A stretch of 52,944 bases of DNA from Minisyncoccota bacterium. Its GTDB lineage: Bacteria; Patescibacteriota; Minisyncoccia; Phycocordibacterales; UBA918. The DNA is taken from assembly GCA_937975855.1 (NCBI GenBank), contig CALJTT010000005.1, forward strand, positions 1-52,944, written 5' to 3'. Position 1 is the first letter of the stretch. Each line of letters opens with the position of its first letter. Both the position numbers and the translations under genes were made by a program. Below the pieces are notes generated by a model. It was given only the letters and a program-made list of their open reading frames with translations, was not told where the DNA came from and did not search any database. Positions 27,721 to 36,991 of the stretch are shown here, piece by piece.

Positions 27721-28602
27721 ATGGAACTCTGGTTTTTATTTGCTATTGCAGGGATGTTGTTTTCGGGATTGTCCAACTTTATTTTTAAGTTGGCAGCAAA
27801 GAATAACTTTGATTCGGAAGCTTTTAGTTTATATGGTGGAGTTACTTCTATAATTTTGTTGACACCTGTAGTGCTCTTGTTCGACACGTTTTATTTGGAG
27901 CAACCAGTCGCTGCGGGGATAATTTTTGTGGCCAGTATCGTCGCGGCGTTCATTGGAGTGTGGAAGGTGTACGCTTTGCGTTTTATTGATACAACGATTT
28001 ACTTTCCTTTGTTCAAGCTGCTTTCACCGCTGATTGCAATTATGATTGGGGTATCATTTTTTGCTGAATCTTTTTCTGGGAAGGAATGGATTGGTCTAGG
28101 GTTAGGGCTTGTGGTTCCTCTACTTTTAATCAATCGAGCAGAGAGTCAGAGACAAAATAACTTGCTGTATGGACTTATGTTGGTAGGGCTTACTGGAGCA
28201 TTGTCTGCCTCGGTAGCGGCCGCTCACAAATGGGCGACTGATCTGTCACCAAACGCACTTACTTTAACTTTGGCTGCTGGCTTCGGTATTGTTGTTGGGT
28301 CTTGGTTAGCATTGATTTTAAAGCGCGGAGTTGTAGCTGGAACTCAGCATATCGTGCAAGTAGAGAATAAAAGGCAGCTTCTCATTTGGGCGACCGCCCG
28401 AAGTGTAGTGGTTAGTGCGTCAGTAGCGTTGGTCTTGTATGCGTACAGTGCCGGCGGTTCTTTGGCAGTGGTGCACACGATCCACTCCATGTACATCCTC
28501 ATCCCCATAGTCCTCGCCATCATCTTCTACAACGAACACTGGAACTGGCAGAAGGCTACAGCGATTGTGTTGTCTGTCGCGTCGTTGGCTTTGTTGGGGT
28601 AG
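27721..28602 (+). CDS. DMT/EamA family transporter
   Basis: About 10 TM helices in two repeats. Confidence 0.85.
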   Translation: MELWFLFAIAGMLFSGLSNFIFKLAAKNNFDSEAFSLYGGVTSIILLTPVVLLFDTFYLEQPVAAGIIFVASIVAAFIGVWKVYALRFIDTTIYFPLFKLLSPLIAIMIGVSFFAESFSGKEWIGLGLGLVVPLLLINRAESQRQNNLLYGLMLVGLTGALSASVAAAHKWATDLSPNALTLTLAAGFGIVVGSWLALILKRGVVAGTQHIVQVENKRQLLIWATARSVVVSASVALVLYAYSAGGSLAVVHTIHSMYILIPIVLAIIFYNEHWNWQKATAIVLSVASLALLG

Positions 28603-28627
28603 GGGGATAGTTTGTTATAATGCCAAC

Positions 28628-29113
28628 ATGAGTGAACGACATAAGGCAGTACCGTCTTCTTACTTAATTCTTAGGAAGGAAGGAAAAATTTTGTTAGGTA
28701 AACGCTGCAACACAGGTTATTACGACCAATGGTATGGAGTTCCTGCCGGGCACGTTGAAGAAGGAGAGTTGCCATTGGCTGGATTGATTCGCGAATGCGA
28801 AGAAGAAATCGGTATAACTCTTGACCCAGCAGATGTCGCGCTGGCCCACACGATGTACCGTGGTCAGCAGGCAGATGGTACAGAACGTGTAGACTTCTTC
28901 TTTGTGGCCGAGTACCAGGAAAAATACGAGCCAACCAATCAGGAACCAGACAAATGCTCAGAGTTATCGTGGTTTTCTGAAGATGCTTTGCCGAGCAATG
29001 TAATGCATCATGTTGTGGTAGCGATCGGGCATGTAACTGCGGGAGATATTTACTCTGAACTTACAGCCAAGGAGATCCTGGAGCATGACAAAGCCTACGA
29101 GGAAGGGATTTAG
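28628..29113 (+). CDS. NUDIX hydrolase
   Basis: PAGHVEEGE...RECEEEIGI; NQEPDKC. Confidence 0.9.
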   Translation: MSERHKAVPSSYLILRKEGKILLGKRCNTGYYDQWYGVPAGHVEEGELPLAGLIRECEEEIGITLDPADVALAHTMYRGQQADGTERVDFFFVAEYQEKYEPTNQEPDKCSELSWFSEDALPSNVMHHVVVAIGHVTAGDIYSELTAKEILEHDKAYEEGI

Positions 29114-29114
29114 T

Positions 29115-29156
29115 ATGAAAAAACAAGTATTTTATATTCATGGGGGTGAGTCGTAG
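29115..29156 (+). pseudogene. 13-codon remnant MKKQVFYIHGGES of an alpha/beta hydrolase N-terminus
   Basis: Starts 1 nt after the NUDIX stop; strand-HGG oxyanion pattern, then a stop. Confidence 0.5.
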
Positions 29157-29218
29157 ATAGATAGTAGGTAAACGTTTTATTGCAGTGCAATTATAATAGT
29201 CGTGGTACATTAAGTTTT

Positions 29219-30163
29219 ATGTATAGTCCAAAACCAATCAAAGAACACTTTTTGCCAGCAGAAGACGGTCACAAAGTTTATTTTGCAGAATACGGAAATC
29301 CTGACGGGACTCCAATCGTATCACTCCATGGTGGTCCTGGTTCACAGTGTAAACCAAAGCATGCCGGTCGGCTTAATTTAGAAAAGTATCGAGTGATTAT
29401 CTTTGATCAGCGCGGATGTGGCAAAAGTGAGTACGAAGACATGCTTAAGGAGAACACTACCCAGAAATTAGTTTCAGATATAGAGCGAATTCGGGAAGTA
29501 TTAAATATCGACAACTGGTTCGTTACTGGTGGAAGTTGGGGGTCCGCCTTATCACTTGTCTACGCACAAACGTACCCAAAGAGTGTCCGTGGGCTTTTGG
29601 TTTCCGCTATCTTTTTGGGGGATCAGTCTAGTGTTGACTGGTTTAGTAGTTCTGTCGGATCTTCCACTCTATATACAGATGTTTGGGAGCACAGAAATCA
29701 ATCGCTGGTAGATTGTGGTTTGACAGAGGGAGCTACTGCTCAACAAATAAATGAGAGTCTAAACAACTCAGAAGGTGAAGCTCAAAAGAAATTAGTTGCG
29801 TCCACTATGAATTGGGAAGGTAATTTAATGAGCGCGCAGAGTGACGTGTCATACATGACACCAGATGAGGTGAGTGAGGAAGATGTTACTTATGCAAAAA
29901 TATTCATGCACTACGAAAGTAACGGTTTCTTTTTTGAACCGAATCAAATCTTGTCCAACGTCGAAAAAATAAAGACAGTTCCGATGATCACCGTGCATGG
30001 CCGGCATGACATTTTATGTCCGTTCAAGAGTGCTTGGGATTTGCACAAAGCTCACGGCAACTCTGAAATTGTCCCGTTGCCCCAAAGTAACCATGGGTTT
30101 TCAGCTGATGGTGAAATTGCTAGACGGTATGCATTTGAGAGTTTTTTGTTGAAACACGCTTAA
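29219..30163 (+). CDS. pip: Prolyl aminopeptidase (S33)
   Basis: LHGGPG, FDQRGCG, GGSWG, HGRHD. Confidence 0.9.
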   Translation: MYSPKPIKEHFLPAEDGHKVYFAEYGNPDGTPIVSLHGGPGSQCKPKHAGRLNLEKYRVIIFDQRGCGKSEYEDMLKENTTQKLVSDIERIREVLNIDNWFVTGGSWGSALSLVYAQTYPKSVRGLLVSAIFLGDQSSVDWFSSSVGSSTLYTDVWEHRNQSLVDCGLTEGATAQQINESLNNSEGEAQKKLVASTMNWEGNLMSAQSDVSYMTPDEVSEEDVTYAKIFMHYESNGFFFEPNQILSNVEKIKTVPMITVHGRHDILCPFKSAWDLHKAHGNSEIVPLPQSNHGFSADGEIARRYAFESFLLKHA

Positions 30164-30218
30164 TCGCGTGAAAGATTTAGCCCTCTCGCCCGTCTTCGAG
30201 TATAATGGTCACTAATAT

Positions 30219-30833
30219 ATGAGTGATCAGGTAGCACATACTGATATGGGTGGGGAATCAAGTGGATACGAAGCTCGATTCTTAGAAGCGTACGACGAAT
30301 ACAACGACGCTCTCTTTCGGCATGCCAAATTGCGAATCAGCAACCACGAGCGTGCGATTGATCTGGTTCACGACACATACACCAAAGTTTGGGCTTATGT
30401 ACGTCAGGGATACGAGATCAAAACCTTTCGACCATTTTTATACAAAGTGTTGAACAACCTCATCATCGATGAGTATCGAAAGAAGAAAAATCAATCGCTC
30501 GACGCCTTGCTCGAACAAGAGGGGATTGACGAGGGCAGTTTTGAGGAGTTGTCGGAGAGTTCTGTTGAAGCATTAGCCGCGACCCTTGATGGTCGCAAGG
30601 CGTTTGACCTGCTTGACGAGTTGCCAGACACGTATCGTGAGGTGATCATTTTGCGCTTTGTCGACGGACTTGGCCCCAAAGAAATGGCCGAGCTGATCGA
30701 AGAGAAGGAGAATGTTATCTCAGTTCGAATCCATCGAGCGCTGAAGATACTTCGGCAAAAGATCGAGGCAGCCGATGAACTGGCTACTGAGAAACGTAAA
30801 GCCGCCGCCCGAAAGAAAAAAGCTACAAAATAA
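30219..30833 (+). CDS. ECF sigma-70 factor
   Basis: Region 2 (DLVHDTY...FLYKV..NLIIDEYRK) and region 4 (LPDTYREVIILRF...RIHRA). Confidence 0.93.
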   Translation: MSDQVAHTDMGGESSGYEARFLEAYDEYNDALFRHAKLRISNHERAIDLVHDTYTKVWAYVRQGYEIKTFRPFLYKVLNNLIIDEYRKKKNQSLDALLEQEGIDEGSFEELSESSVEALAATLDGRKAFDLLDELPDTYREVIILRFVDGLGPKEMAELIEEKENVISVRIHRALKILRQKIEAADELATEKRKAAARKKKATK

Positions 30834-30835
30834 AC

Positions 30836-32362
30836 ATGAAACGATTCAGCGAACAATTTCATAAAAAATCTCAGACTGTAAAGCTCAACAAAGCCGAGCA
30901 GGCTGATTTGCGTTCCCGAGTTGTTTCGTACATGGAGTATCACCCATTGCCGGCAGAGATGAAATTGACTTCAGCAGCCAAAACTAAAAAAGCATCTGCT
31001 CAACCTATAATGCGCGAGCCTTTTGCTATTTATAACGTACCGTTTGCTCAGTTATTTAAATTCGGCAGTATGTTTGCTTTCATCATGGTGATGGTGGTGC
31101 CATTTGTCGCCGAGCGAGCTATTCCTGGCGACACTCTCTACGCCGTCAAGGTTAATTTTAATGAAGAAGTACGCAGCACTTTGGCCTGGAGTCCATATCA
31201 AAAGGTTGAATGGGAAACTGTTCGTTTGAATCGCCGCATCGCCGAGGCGAAGTTGCTGCAAAAAGAAGGCCTTCTTACTGATGTGGTTGAGGCTGAAGTA
31301 GCCGCCGCGGTAAAGTACCACGCTGAAAACGCCAAAGCCGAGATCGAAACCCTGCGCGCTTCAGACGCCGACGAAGCAGCCATTGCTTCTATTGAACTTG
31401 ATGCAAACCTGACACTGCAGGCACAGTCTTTTGACTCTGTTTTAGGTGACGAAGCAGCTGGTTCAACTGGCACCGACCTAATTGCTGATGCTATTGACGC
31501 TTCATTAGTTAAACAACTTTCAAACGCAACTACCAGTTTGCCCGCCTTGCCAAAACTCATTGCTCGTGTCGAACAAAACACCACCCGCGTACGAGAGCTT
31601 GAGAAGACACTTATCGGCCAAGTTGGCTCCGAGGTTATGTCTGACGTGACGCGTCGTATTGTAGACCTAGAGCGAGTAGCGGCTGAAGCATTCAACCTGC
31701 CAGAAGAAGAGGTAAAGAAAGCCCAGACGTTGTTGGTTGACGTTATCAGCCGGGCTCAGACTTTGGTTGTGTACATGACGGAACTAGACGTGCGTGAGAC
31801 TGTCGCGATCAACACAGCCGTGCCAGTAGTCCTCACAACCGATGAGATTAACATCAACCGCACAGAAATAATGAGCCAGATTGATACTTATATTTCTCAG
31901 ATCAACAATAGCGAAGTGGAAGAAGAGGCTTTGTTGGAGAAGTTGGCTGTAGCAGCGCAGCAGATGGAGGATATAAAAGCTGAACTGCAGGACGTTGATG
32001 TCTATGAGACTTACCTAGCACGTAGCGCCGACGCACTAGCTCTTGGCCACGATGCTGTTATCTTGATTGAGCAGTCAGGTGTGTCAGTTTCTAACCAGAT
32101 CCCCGCAGTGGGCGTAGCCAGCAGTACAGAATCTATTGCAACCAGCACAGCCACATCTACAGAGGAGATCGCAGAGCCATCTGAAGAAGAAACGCCCGTT
32201 ATGGAAACCGGTGATATCGAAATAGTCGCAAGTACCACTGATCAAATCATCGAGCCAGTAGTGCCTACCAGCACAGCCCCGACAACTGAAGAGGTTGACG
32301 TCGTAGACGATATTTCGTCTAGTAGCACCCAAACACAGTCAGAACTTGACGAAGAAATTTAG
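30836..32362 (+). CDS. Putative anti-sigma membrane protein (DUF5667-like)
   Basis: Follows the ECF gene; TM then AIPGDTLYAVK...E; Thr/Ser/Glu-rich tail. Confidence 0.7.
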   Translation: MKRFSEQFHKKSQTVKLNKAEQADLRSRVVSYMEYHPLPAEMKLTSAAKTKKASAQPIMREPFAIYNVPFAQLFKFGSMFAFIMVMVVPFVAERAIPGDTLYAVKVNFNEEVRSTLAWSPYQKVEWETVRLNRRIAEAKLLQKEGLLTDVVEAEVAAAVKYHAENAKAEIETLRASDADEAAIASIELDANLTLQAQSFDSVLGDEAAGSTGTDLIADAIDASLVKQLSNATTSLPALPKLIARVEQNTTRVRELEKTLIGQVGSEVMSDVTRRIVDLERVAAEAFNLPEEEVKKAQTLLVDVISRAQTLVVYMTELDVRETVAINTAVPVVLTTDEININRTEIMSQIDTYISQINNSEVEEEALLEKLAVAAQQMEDIKAELQDVDVYETYLARSADALALGHDAVILIEQSGVSVSNQIPAVGVASSTESIATSTATSTEEIAEPSEEETPVMETGDIEIVASTTDQIIEPVVPTSTAPTTEEVDVVDDISSSSTQTQSELDEEI

Positions 32363-32539
32363 AAGAGTATATTGAATTTATGCAGTTTGTGTACCAAAAT
32401 CGATCAGTCAGTAAAAACGTCGCGATCGCTTCGATTCTGCTGCTGATCCTGCTCGTTTAGCAGGTCAGTTTTGGTATAAGAACACAGCACGCTCCTAATC
32501 AAAACCGACCCGCCCAAATGCAGGTCGGTTTTGATTAGG
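32346..32539 (+). promoter_or_regulatory. Leader-peptide attenuator (Ile/Leu/Val-sensing candidate)
   Basis: TTGACG-16-TATATT; 1:2 32443-32453 with 32459-32468; segment 2 (32460-32475) is 14/16 identical to segment 4 (32520-32535); terminator 32494-32539. Confidence 0.85.
32380..32460 (+). CDS. Leader peptide MQFVYQNRSVSKNVAIASILLLILLV (26 aa)
   Basis: Leaderless ATG; the last 8 codons are all Ile/Leu/Val. Confidence 0.8.
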   Translation: MQFVYQNRSVSKNVAIASILLLILLV

Positions 32540-32580
32540 GATAAAAAGTTCTTTGCGTAACAACAAGATGGGAGGAAAAG

Positions 32581-32865
32581 ATGATCCAAATATTTCAGTG
32601 GGTGAAACGGCTCTGGTTTAGCCCTGATCCTGGTGGACGAATCACCTTCGAAACAGCTTTTGCTGGATGGACAGGAGAAGCACTCGAGTGGTCGCGCGAA
32701 CGTGCCGAAGCTGGGTTTGACGGTTACGGAGATCCACTACCAACCAGCCTGATCGAATCTGCAAGGGTTCTGTCAACACAATGGTCCTACGGACCGCCGC
32801 CGCCAATCTGCCCACGTCTGCTGGCAGAAACACATGGGGCAGGTTGCCTCGCAACAACATCCTGA
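32581..32865 (+). CDS. Hypothetical protein (94 aa)
   Basis: GGAGG SD; first ORF after the attenuator. Confidence 0.55.
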   Translation: MIQIFQWVKRLWFSPDPGGRITFETAFAGWTGEALEWSRERAEAGFDGYGDPLPTSLIESARVLSTQWSYGPPPPICPRLLAETHGAGCLATTS

Positions 32866-32876
32866 GGAGGAACAGC

Positions 32877-33104
32877 ATGAGACGGAGAAGTTTTCTCTTA
32901 TCAACAGCAGCATTTGTGGCCGCTGCCGTGACACCAGTCGCGGCAGCAGAGTCACTTCCCGAACTAGTCCAAGCTTTTCTTCGTACACACGGCGGAGAAG
33001 TCGAAATGAAACTCTCGGTAATGTTCGGTGGATGGGTGACTTTCGAGAATGCAAGTGCTGATCAGGTTTACCAAGCGATCGCTTCAGTTCAGCTGGACTA
33101 CTAA
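32877..33104 (+). CDS. Small exported protein with twin-arginine-like signal
   Basis: GAGGAGG SD; MRRRSFLLSTAAFVAAAVTPVAAA. Confidence 0.65.
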   Translation: MRRRSFLLSTAAFVAAAVTPVAAAESLPELVQAFLRTHGGEVEMKLSVMFGGWVTFENASADQVYQAIASVQLDY

Positions 33105-33107
33105 ACC

Positions 33108-33383
33108 ATGGACGGAACGGCACCAGGCAAAGGAATTCATCCAGGGAAAGTTGCAGATCGCGAGGAAGTCCAGATAGCTCTTAAAAGAGTTGCTCTAGAC
33201 GATCCAGCAATCGTGTCCGATCTGTGCAACTTACGATTCACCGTGCACTGGTTAAGGGGATACATCAAGGTCCGCACCAAGGATCGTGGTCCTGACAACG
33301 TGGTGACTCATTACGAAGCGATGAGGCACGTCATGGCGAAAACGACTTTGCGAGTGTCCAAACGGGACGAAATGACCCTTTGA
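33108..33383 (+). CDS. Hypothetical protein (91 aa)
   Basis: Starts 3 nt after the previous stop; terminator at ~33400-33440 follows. Confidence 0.5.
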   Translation: MDGTAPGKGIHPGKVADREEVQIALKRVALDDPAIVSDLCNLRFTVHWLRGYIKVRTKDRGPDNVVTHYEAMRHVMAKTTLRVSKRDEMTL

Positions 33384-33449
33384 CCTCTTTTTGTGTACAA
33401 CGAAACCCGCGCCGGGAAACTGGCGCGGGTTTGTTCGTTTTCGTTCTTT

Positions 33450-34358
33450 TTAAGAAGGGAAGCTTAGCCAGTCCTTGTAGTCCTCTTCCTGGCCACACAC
33501 TATATTGAAGAAAGTTTGTTTGATTTCATTCGCAGCTGTCAGATCGTACTCAGCCAGAGTCTTGCCTTTTTGATCAATTTTATCAATGGGCGATATTTCA
33601 GCTGCTGTACCAGTAAAGAATGCACTATCAAAATCAGCCACTTCATCTAGCGTGATGTCTCGCTCTACTGTTGTGTAACCCATGTTACTTGTGAAGGTAA
33701 TGACTGAATCGCGAGTGATCCCAGCTAGAATTTTGCCAAGTTTTGGTGTGTGTAGTTCCTTTCCTTTGATAAAGAATATGTTTTCGCCTGGACCTTCTGC
33801 GATATTGTCATTATGGTCAAGTAGCAGGGCCTCCAGATAACCGTTCCTTTTTGCTTGGACAGTAGCCAGAATAGAGTTTACATAGTGACCTGAAATCTTT
33901 GCGTCGCATATCGTGCTTTTTTCAGATATGCGTCGGTAGTCGGATACTTCCACTGATACAGAGTCAGCTAGATACTGGCCCCAGGCCCACGCAGCTATAA
34001 ACACGTGTGTACTGTTTTTGGTTGGGTTGATGCCCATTGAGCTGTCGTCAAAGTACACTATTGGTCGAATGTATGCTTCGGATAGGTTGTTCTCAGTGAC
34101 TGCCTGATGACACGCTTCCATTAATTCAGACTTTGAGTAGGGAATTTCAAGGAATATTTTTTCAGCCGAGTAGAAAAGACGATCGACGTGTTCTTCCAGT
34201 CTGAATATGTGAGTTTTGTTGTCAGTTGTTTCGTAAGCCCGAATTCCTTCGAACACACCAGACCCATAATGGAGCGTATGAGTAAGCGGTGACAAATTCG
34301 TTTCGCTAAATGGAACCAAAGTGCCGTTTAGCCAAACTTTATGATTTTTTTCTAGCAT
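33450..34358 (-). CDS. ilvE: Branched-chain amino acid aminotransferase
   Basis: LHYGSGVFEGIRAY, AKISGHY, EGPGENIF, GITR, TGTAAE. Confidence 0.96.
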   Translation of the reverse strand: MLEKNHKVWLNGTLVPFSETNLSPLTHTLHYGSGVFEGIRAYETTDNKTHIFRLEEHVDRLFYSAEKIFLEIPYSKSELMEACHQAVTENNLSEAYIRPIVYFDDSSMGINPTKNSTHVFIAAWAWGQYLADSVSVEVSDYRRISEKSTICDAKISGHYVNSILATVQAKRNGYLEALLLDHNDNIAEGPGENIFFIKGKELHTPKLGKILAGITRDSVITFTSNMGYTTVERDITLDEVADFDSAFFTGTAAEISPIDKIDQKGKTLAEYDLTAANEIKQTFFNIVCGQEEDYKDWLSFPS

Positions 34359-34432
34359 AAGAAGTAAAGTGTATCAAAAAATGATCGGGCATGCATTTCT
34401 AAGTCACCCTCCTTCCTTTTTTTTGAGTGCTG

Positions 34433-34574
34433 TGATATATTGAAATTAATGAAAATTTTACAAACAGCCTCATATTTCTTTTGGTTTACCAACCGGGAAA
34501 CTCGGGCTGTTTTGACGTAATGTGAACACATTCTCAAAAACCGCGGGTTTCCTACAAGGAACCCGCGGTTTTTG
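34433..34574 (+). promoter_or_regulatory. Leader-peptide attenuator (aromatic amino acid-sensing candidate)
   Basis: TGaTATATT extended -10; 1:2 AAACAGCC/GGCTGTTT; 2:3 GGAAACTCG/CGGGTTTCC; terminator 34535-34574 with T-run. Confidence 0.85.
34449..34520 (+). CDS. Leader peptide MKILQTASYFFWFTNRETRAVLT (23 aa)
   Basis: Leaderless ATG; five consecutive aromatic codons YFFWF. Confidence 0.8.
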   Translation: MKILQTASYFFWFTNRETRAVLT

Positions 34575-34704
34575 TTGGTCGAAAGAAGGATATATTCTAA
34601 AAATGTCTTGCTTTCGGCTCACAATCTCAGTGAGTTCGAATCAACGGGGCCGACCATCGGACGCCCAAACTTAGATCTTCAACAATAAACGAAAGGGCAG
34701 TAAG

Positions 34705-35790
34705 ATGCTTGACTCTACAGACGGATTCGATCCGACTCAATCGCAACCACTTTCAATTGGAGGGTGGGAGACCCAAATAAGCGATCAGCCAGTCGTTTTG
34801 GCGAAGTGGCAGAGAGGCCGGCTGGAAACAGTACTGAATCAACAGTATTTGCCGGCAGTTCGGGAACTATTTCTGGGTAAGCGCCCACAAGGTAATCGGT
34901 GGTTTGCTGAGCAAAATGCGCCGGCGCCGATAGTTAGATTCGACATGGCGCCGATGATCGATGTTCCCGACGAATCGGGTAAAGAAGATCAAGTCACAGC
35001 AGCGCGCGCTGCCGTGGGGCTGGGTATCTGGGAGATCGAGGCAAACACGGCTGGACTTGGCATAGCCACGAAATTGGGTTTGCCGGTTGCGGCACGTCTT
35101 TTCTCCACCCTGCAACAATCTGGTATAAGTCGTATTGGGTATGCAGCGTCAGAATCACGTTCTAACCAAGCTGGTGATTTGCAAGTGCTGATGTCCAATC
35201 TGGAGTCTTACGGAGTGGAAACTGTTCCGGTTAATCTGGACGGCGAAATTCCGGCCGACCTGCCGCTATGGCTTCGCGCTGGAGCAGAGGACTTGGTGGC
35301 TGGCGGTTCGTTGCTGAGTCGACTCCCGCAATGCTTGATGTGGCATCCTGATGGTGGCGGATCGAAACAGTATCTCTTCGATCTTGATCCAAGCGTCACA
35401 CGTGCAAGCGATATCGTAAATCTTGCGTCGGTTCCAACTCGGTTTGACACAGGTGTGGTGCTCAAGCCTATCAATGGTTGGGGCGCTCGAGACATAACCA
35501 TACACGCTCGGGAACAGCCGTTTAAAAAACGGTCAGACAAGGCTGGTCGTTTGTTTTCGACCCTCCAGAGACTCCGTGCACAGGGCGCGGACTCGCAGTA
35601 TCTGCTGCAACGGTTTGCGCCGCCGCAGTCCATTGGTGAGGGCTTTCTGGCGTGGCGAGTGTTGGCGGTGTGGCAGCCTAAGCGACAGGCGTACCAGATC
35701 ATCGGGGGTATCTGGAACTACCGCAAGGGCGATATTCGCTTGCACGGTACACCAGAAACGATCAACGGTCCGATATTAGTCGATAAATAA
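34705..35790 (+). CDS. ATP-grasp ligase (glutathionylspermidine synthase / circularly permuted type)
   Basis: VRFD, WEIEAN-x-AG, SKQYL, VLKPINGWGA, YLLQRF. Confidence 0.65.
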   Translation: MLDSTDGFDPTQSQPLSIGGWETQISDQPVVLAKWQRGRLETVLNQQYLPAVRELFLGKRPQGNRWFAEQNAPAPIVRFDMAPMIDVPDESGKEDQVTAARAAVGLGIWEIEANTAGLGIATKLGLPVAARLFSTLQQSGISRIGYAASESRSNQAGDLQVLMSNLESYGVETVPVNLDGEIPADLPLWLRAGAEDLVAGGSLLSRLPQCLMWHPDGGGSKQYLFDLDPSVTRASDIVNLASVPTRFDTGVVLKPINGWGARDITIHAREQPFKKRSDKAGRLFSTLQRLRAQGADSQYLLQRFAPPQSIGEGFLAWRVLAVWQPKRQAYQIIGGIWNYRKGDIRLHGTPETINGPILVDK

Positions 35791-35861
35791 CCTCGTCCTC
35801 AAAGGGGCGTCGCACTGCGACGCCCCTTTCTCAATTATTAATTATCAATTAAGATGTTGTT

Positions 35862-36764
35862 ATGAGTAAATTTTCAATTGCCATTCACGGAGGAGCGGGT
35901 GCGCTGAGTGACGTGAGTGAGCATCGAACAGCTTTGACCGAAATTATTAACGAAGCCGCTAACTTGGCTTCTAATGCGTCGGCAATTGATGTGGTCGAGC
36001 GAACAGTTGTACTTTTAGAAAACCATCCGTTGTTTAACGCTGGGAAAGGTTCTGTTCTAAACAATAAAGGTGAAGTCGAGTGTGACGCTGCGATCATGAA
36101 TGGTACAGATCTCGATGCTGGGGCTGTTGCAGGAGTTAGAGGAATTAAAAATCCCGTCGCGTTGGCTCGAAAAGTTATGAGTGATAGCGAGCACGTGATG
36201 CTGGTAGGTGATGGAGCTTTAGAATTCGCCGCAAGTGTTAACGCTCCAACGGAGCAGCTAGATTATTTTGTCGTAGAGTCACGGCTGAAGCAGCTAGAAG
36301 AAGCAAAAAAAGCCGGCAAGGTTGTACTTGATCACAGTGATACTGAAGAAGAGAAGTTGGGTACAGTCGGTGCTGTGGCAATTGACGATAAGGGAAATCT
36401 AGCGGCAGCAACCTCTACCGGGGGTATTGTTAACAAGAAGTTTGGGCGAGTTGGTGACTCTCCGGTAGTCGGTGCAGGCGTGTACGCAGAGAATGGATTG
36501 TGTGCTGTTTCTGCAACTGGGTTTGGTGAGCAATTTTTACGCACAACCCTGAGTAAACATATTGGTGACTGGATGAGATACAATCATGTTGATGCTCAAT
36601 CAGCTGCTCAGGCTGGCATTGACTATCTGGTTGAAAAAGTGAATGGATTGGGTGGTGTGATTGTGGTTGATGCAAATTATAATATCGGTATTGCTCACAG
36701 TACCCCATTGATTTTGTCGGCTAGTATTTGTTCGGGAGAGACAGGCGCAAGACTTGATTTTTAA
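35862..36764 (+). CDS. iaaA: Isoaspartyl peptidase / L-asparaginase (Ntn hydrolase)
   Basis: IHGGAG, FNAGKG, GTVGAVA, ATSTGG, GRVGDSP. Confidence 0.95.
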   Translation: MSKFSIAIHGGAGALSDVSEHRTALTEIINEAANLASNASAIDVVERTVVLLENHPLFNAGKGSVLNNKGEVECDAAIMNGTDLDAGAVAGVRGIKNPVALARKVMSDSEHVMLVGDGALEFAASVNAPTEQLDYFVVESRLKQLEEAKKAGKVVLDHSDTEEEKLGTVGAVAIDDKGNLAAATSTGGIVNKKFGRVGDSPVVGAGVYAENGLCAVSATGFGEQFLRTTLSKHIGDWMRYNHVDAQSAAQAGIDYLVEKVNGLGGVIVVDANYNIGIAHSTPLILSASICSGETGARLDF

Positions 36765-36991
36765 TTCAAAGAGAAAAGCCGTCGGACCCCTCCGACGGCT
36801 TTTCCCATTTGGGTTTAAGAATATTCTAGGAAAGAACTACGCTATATACTTCCCGCGCCGCTATCTTCAGTCATGCGGGAATTGCTATGATACGCTTGCT
36901 TACTAAACTTACAATAAAATGCGTGTGTACATTGAGTGAATCTGGTCAATCTGATACGCTTCCATTAAGTTGTCAATAAAATCATCTCGTT

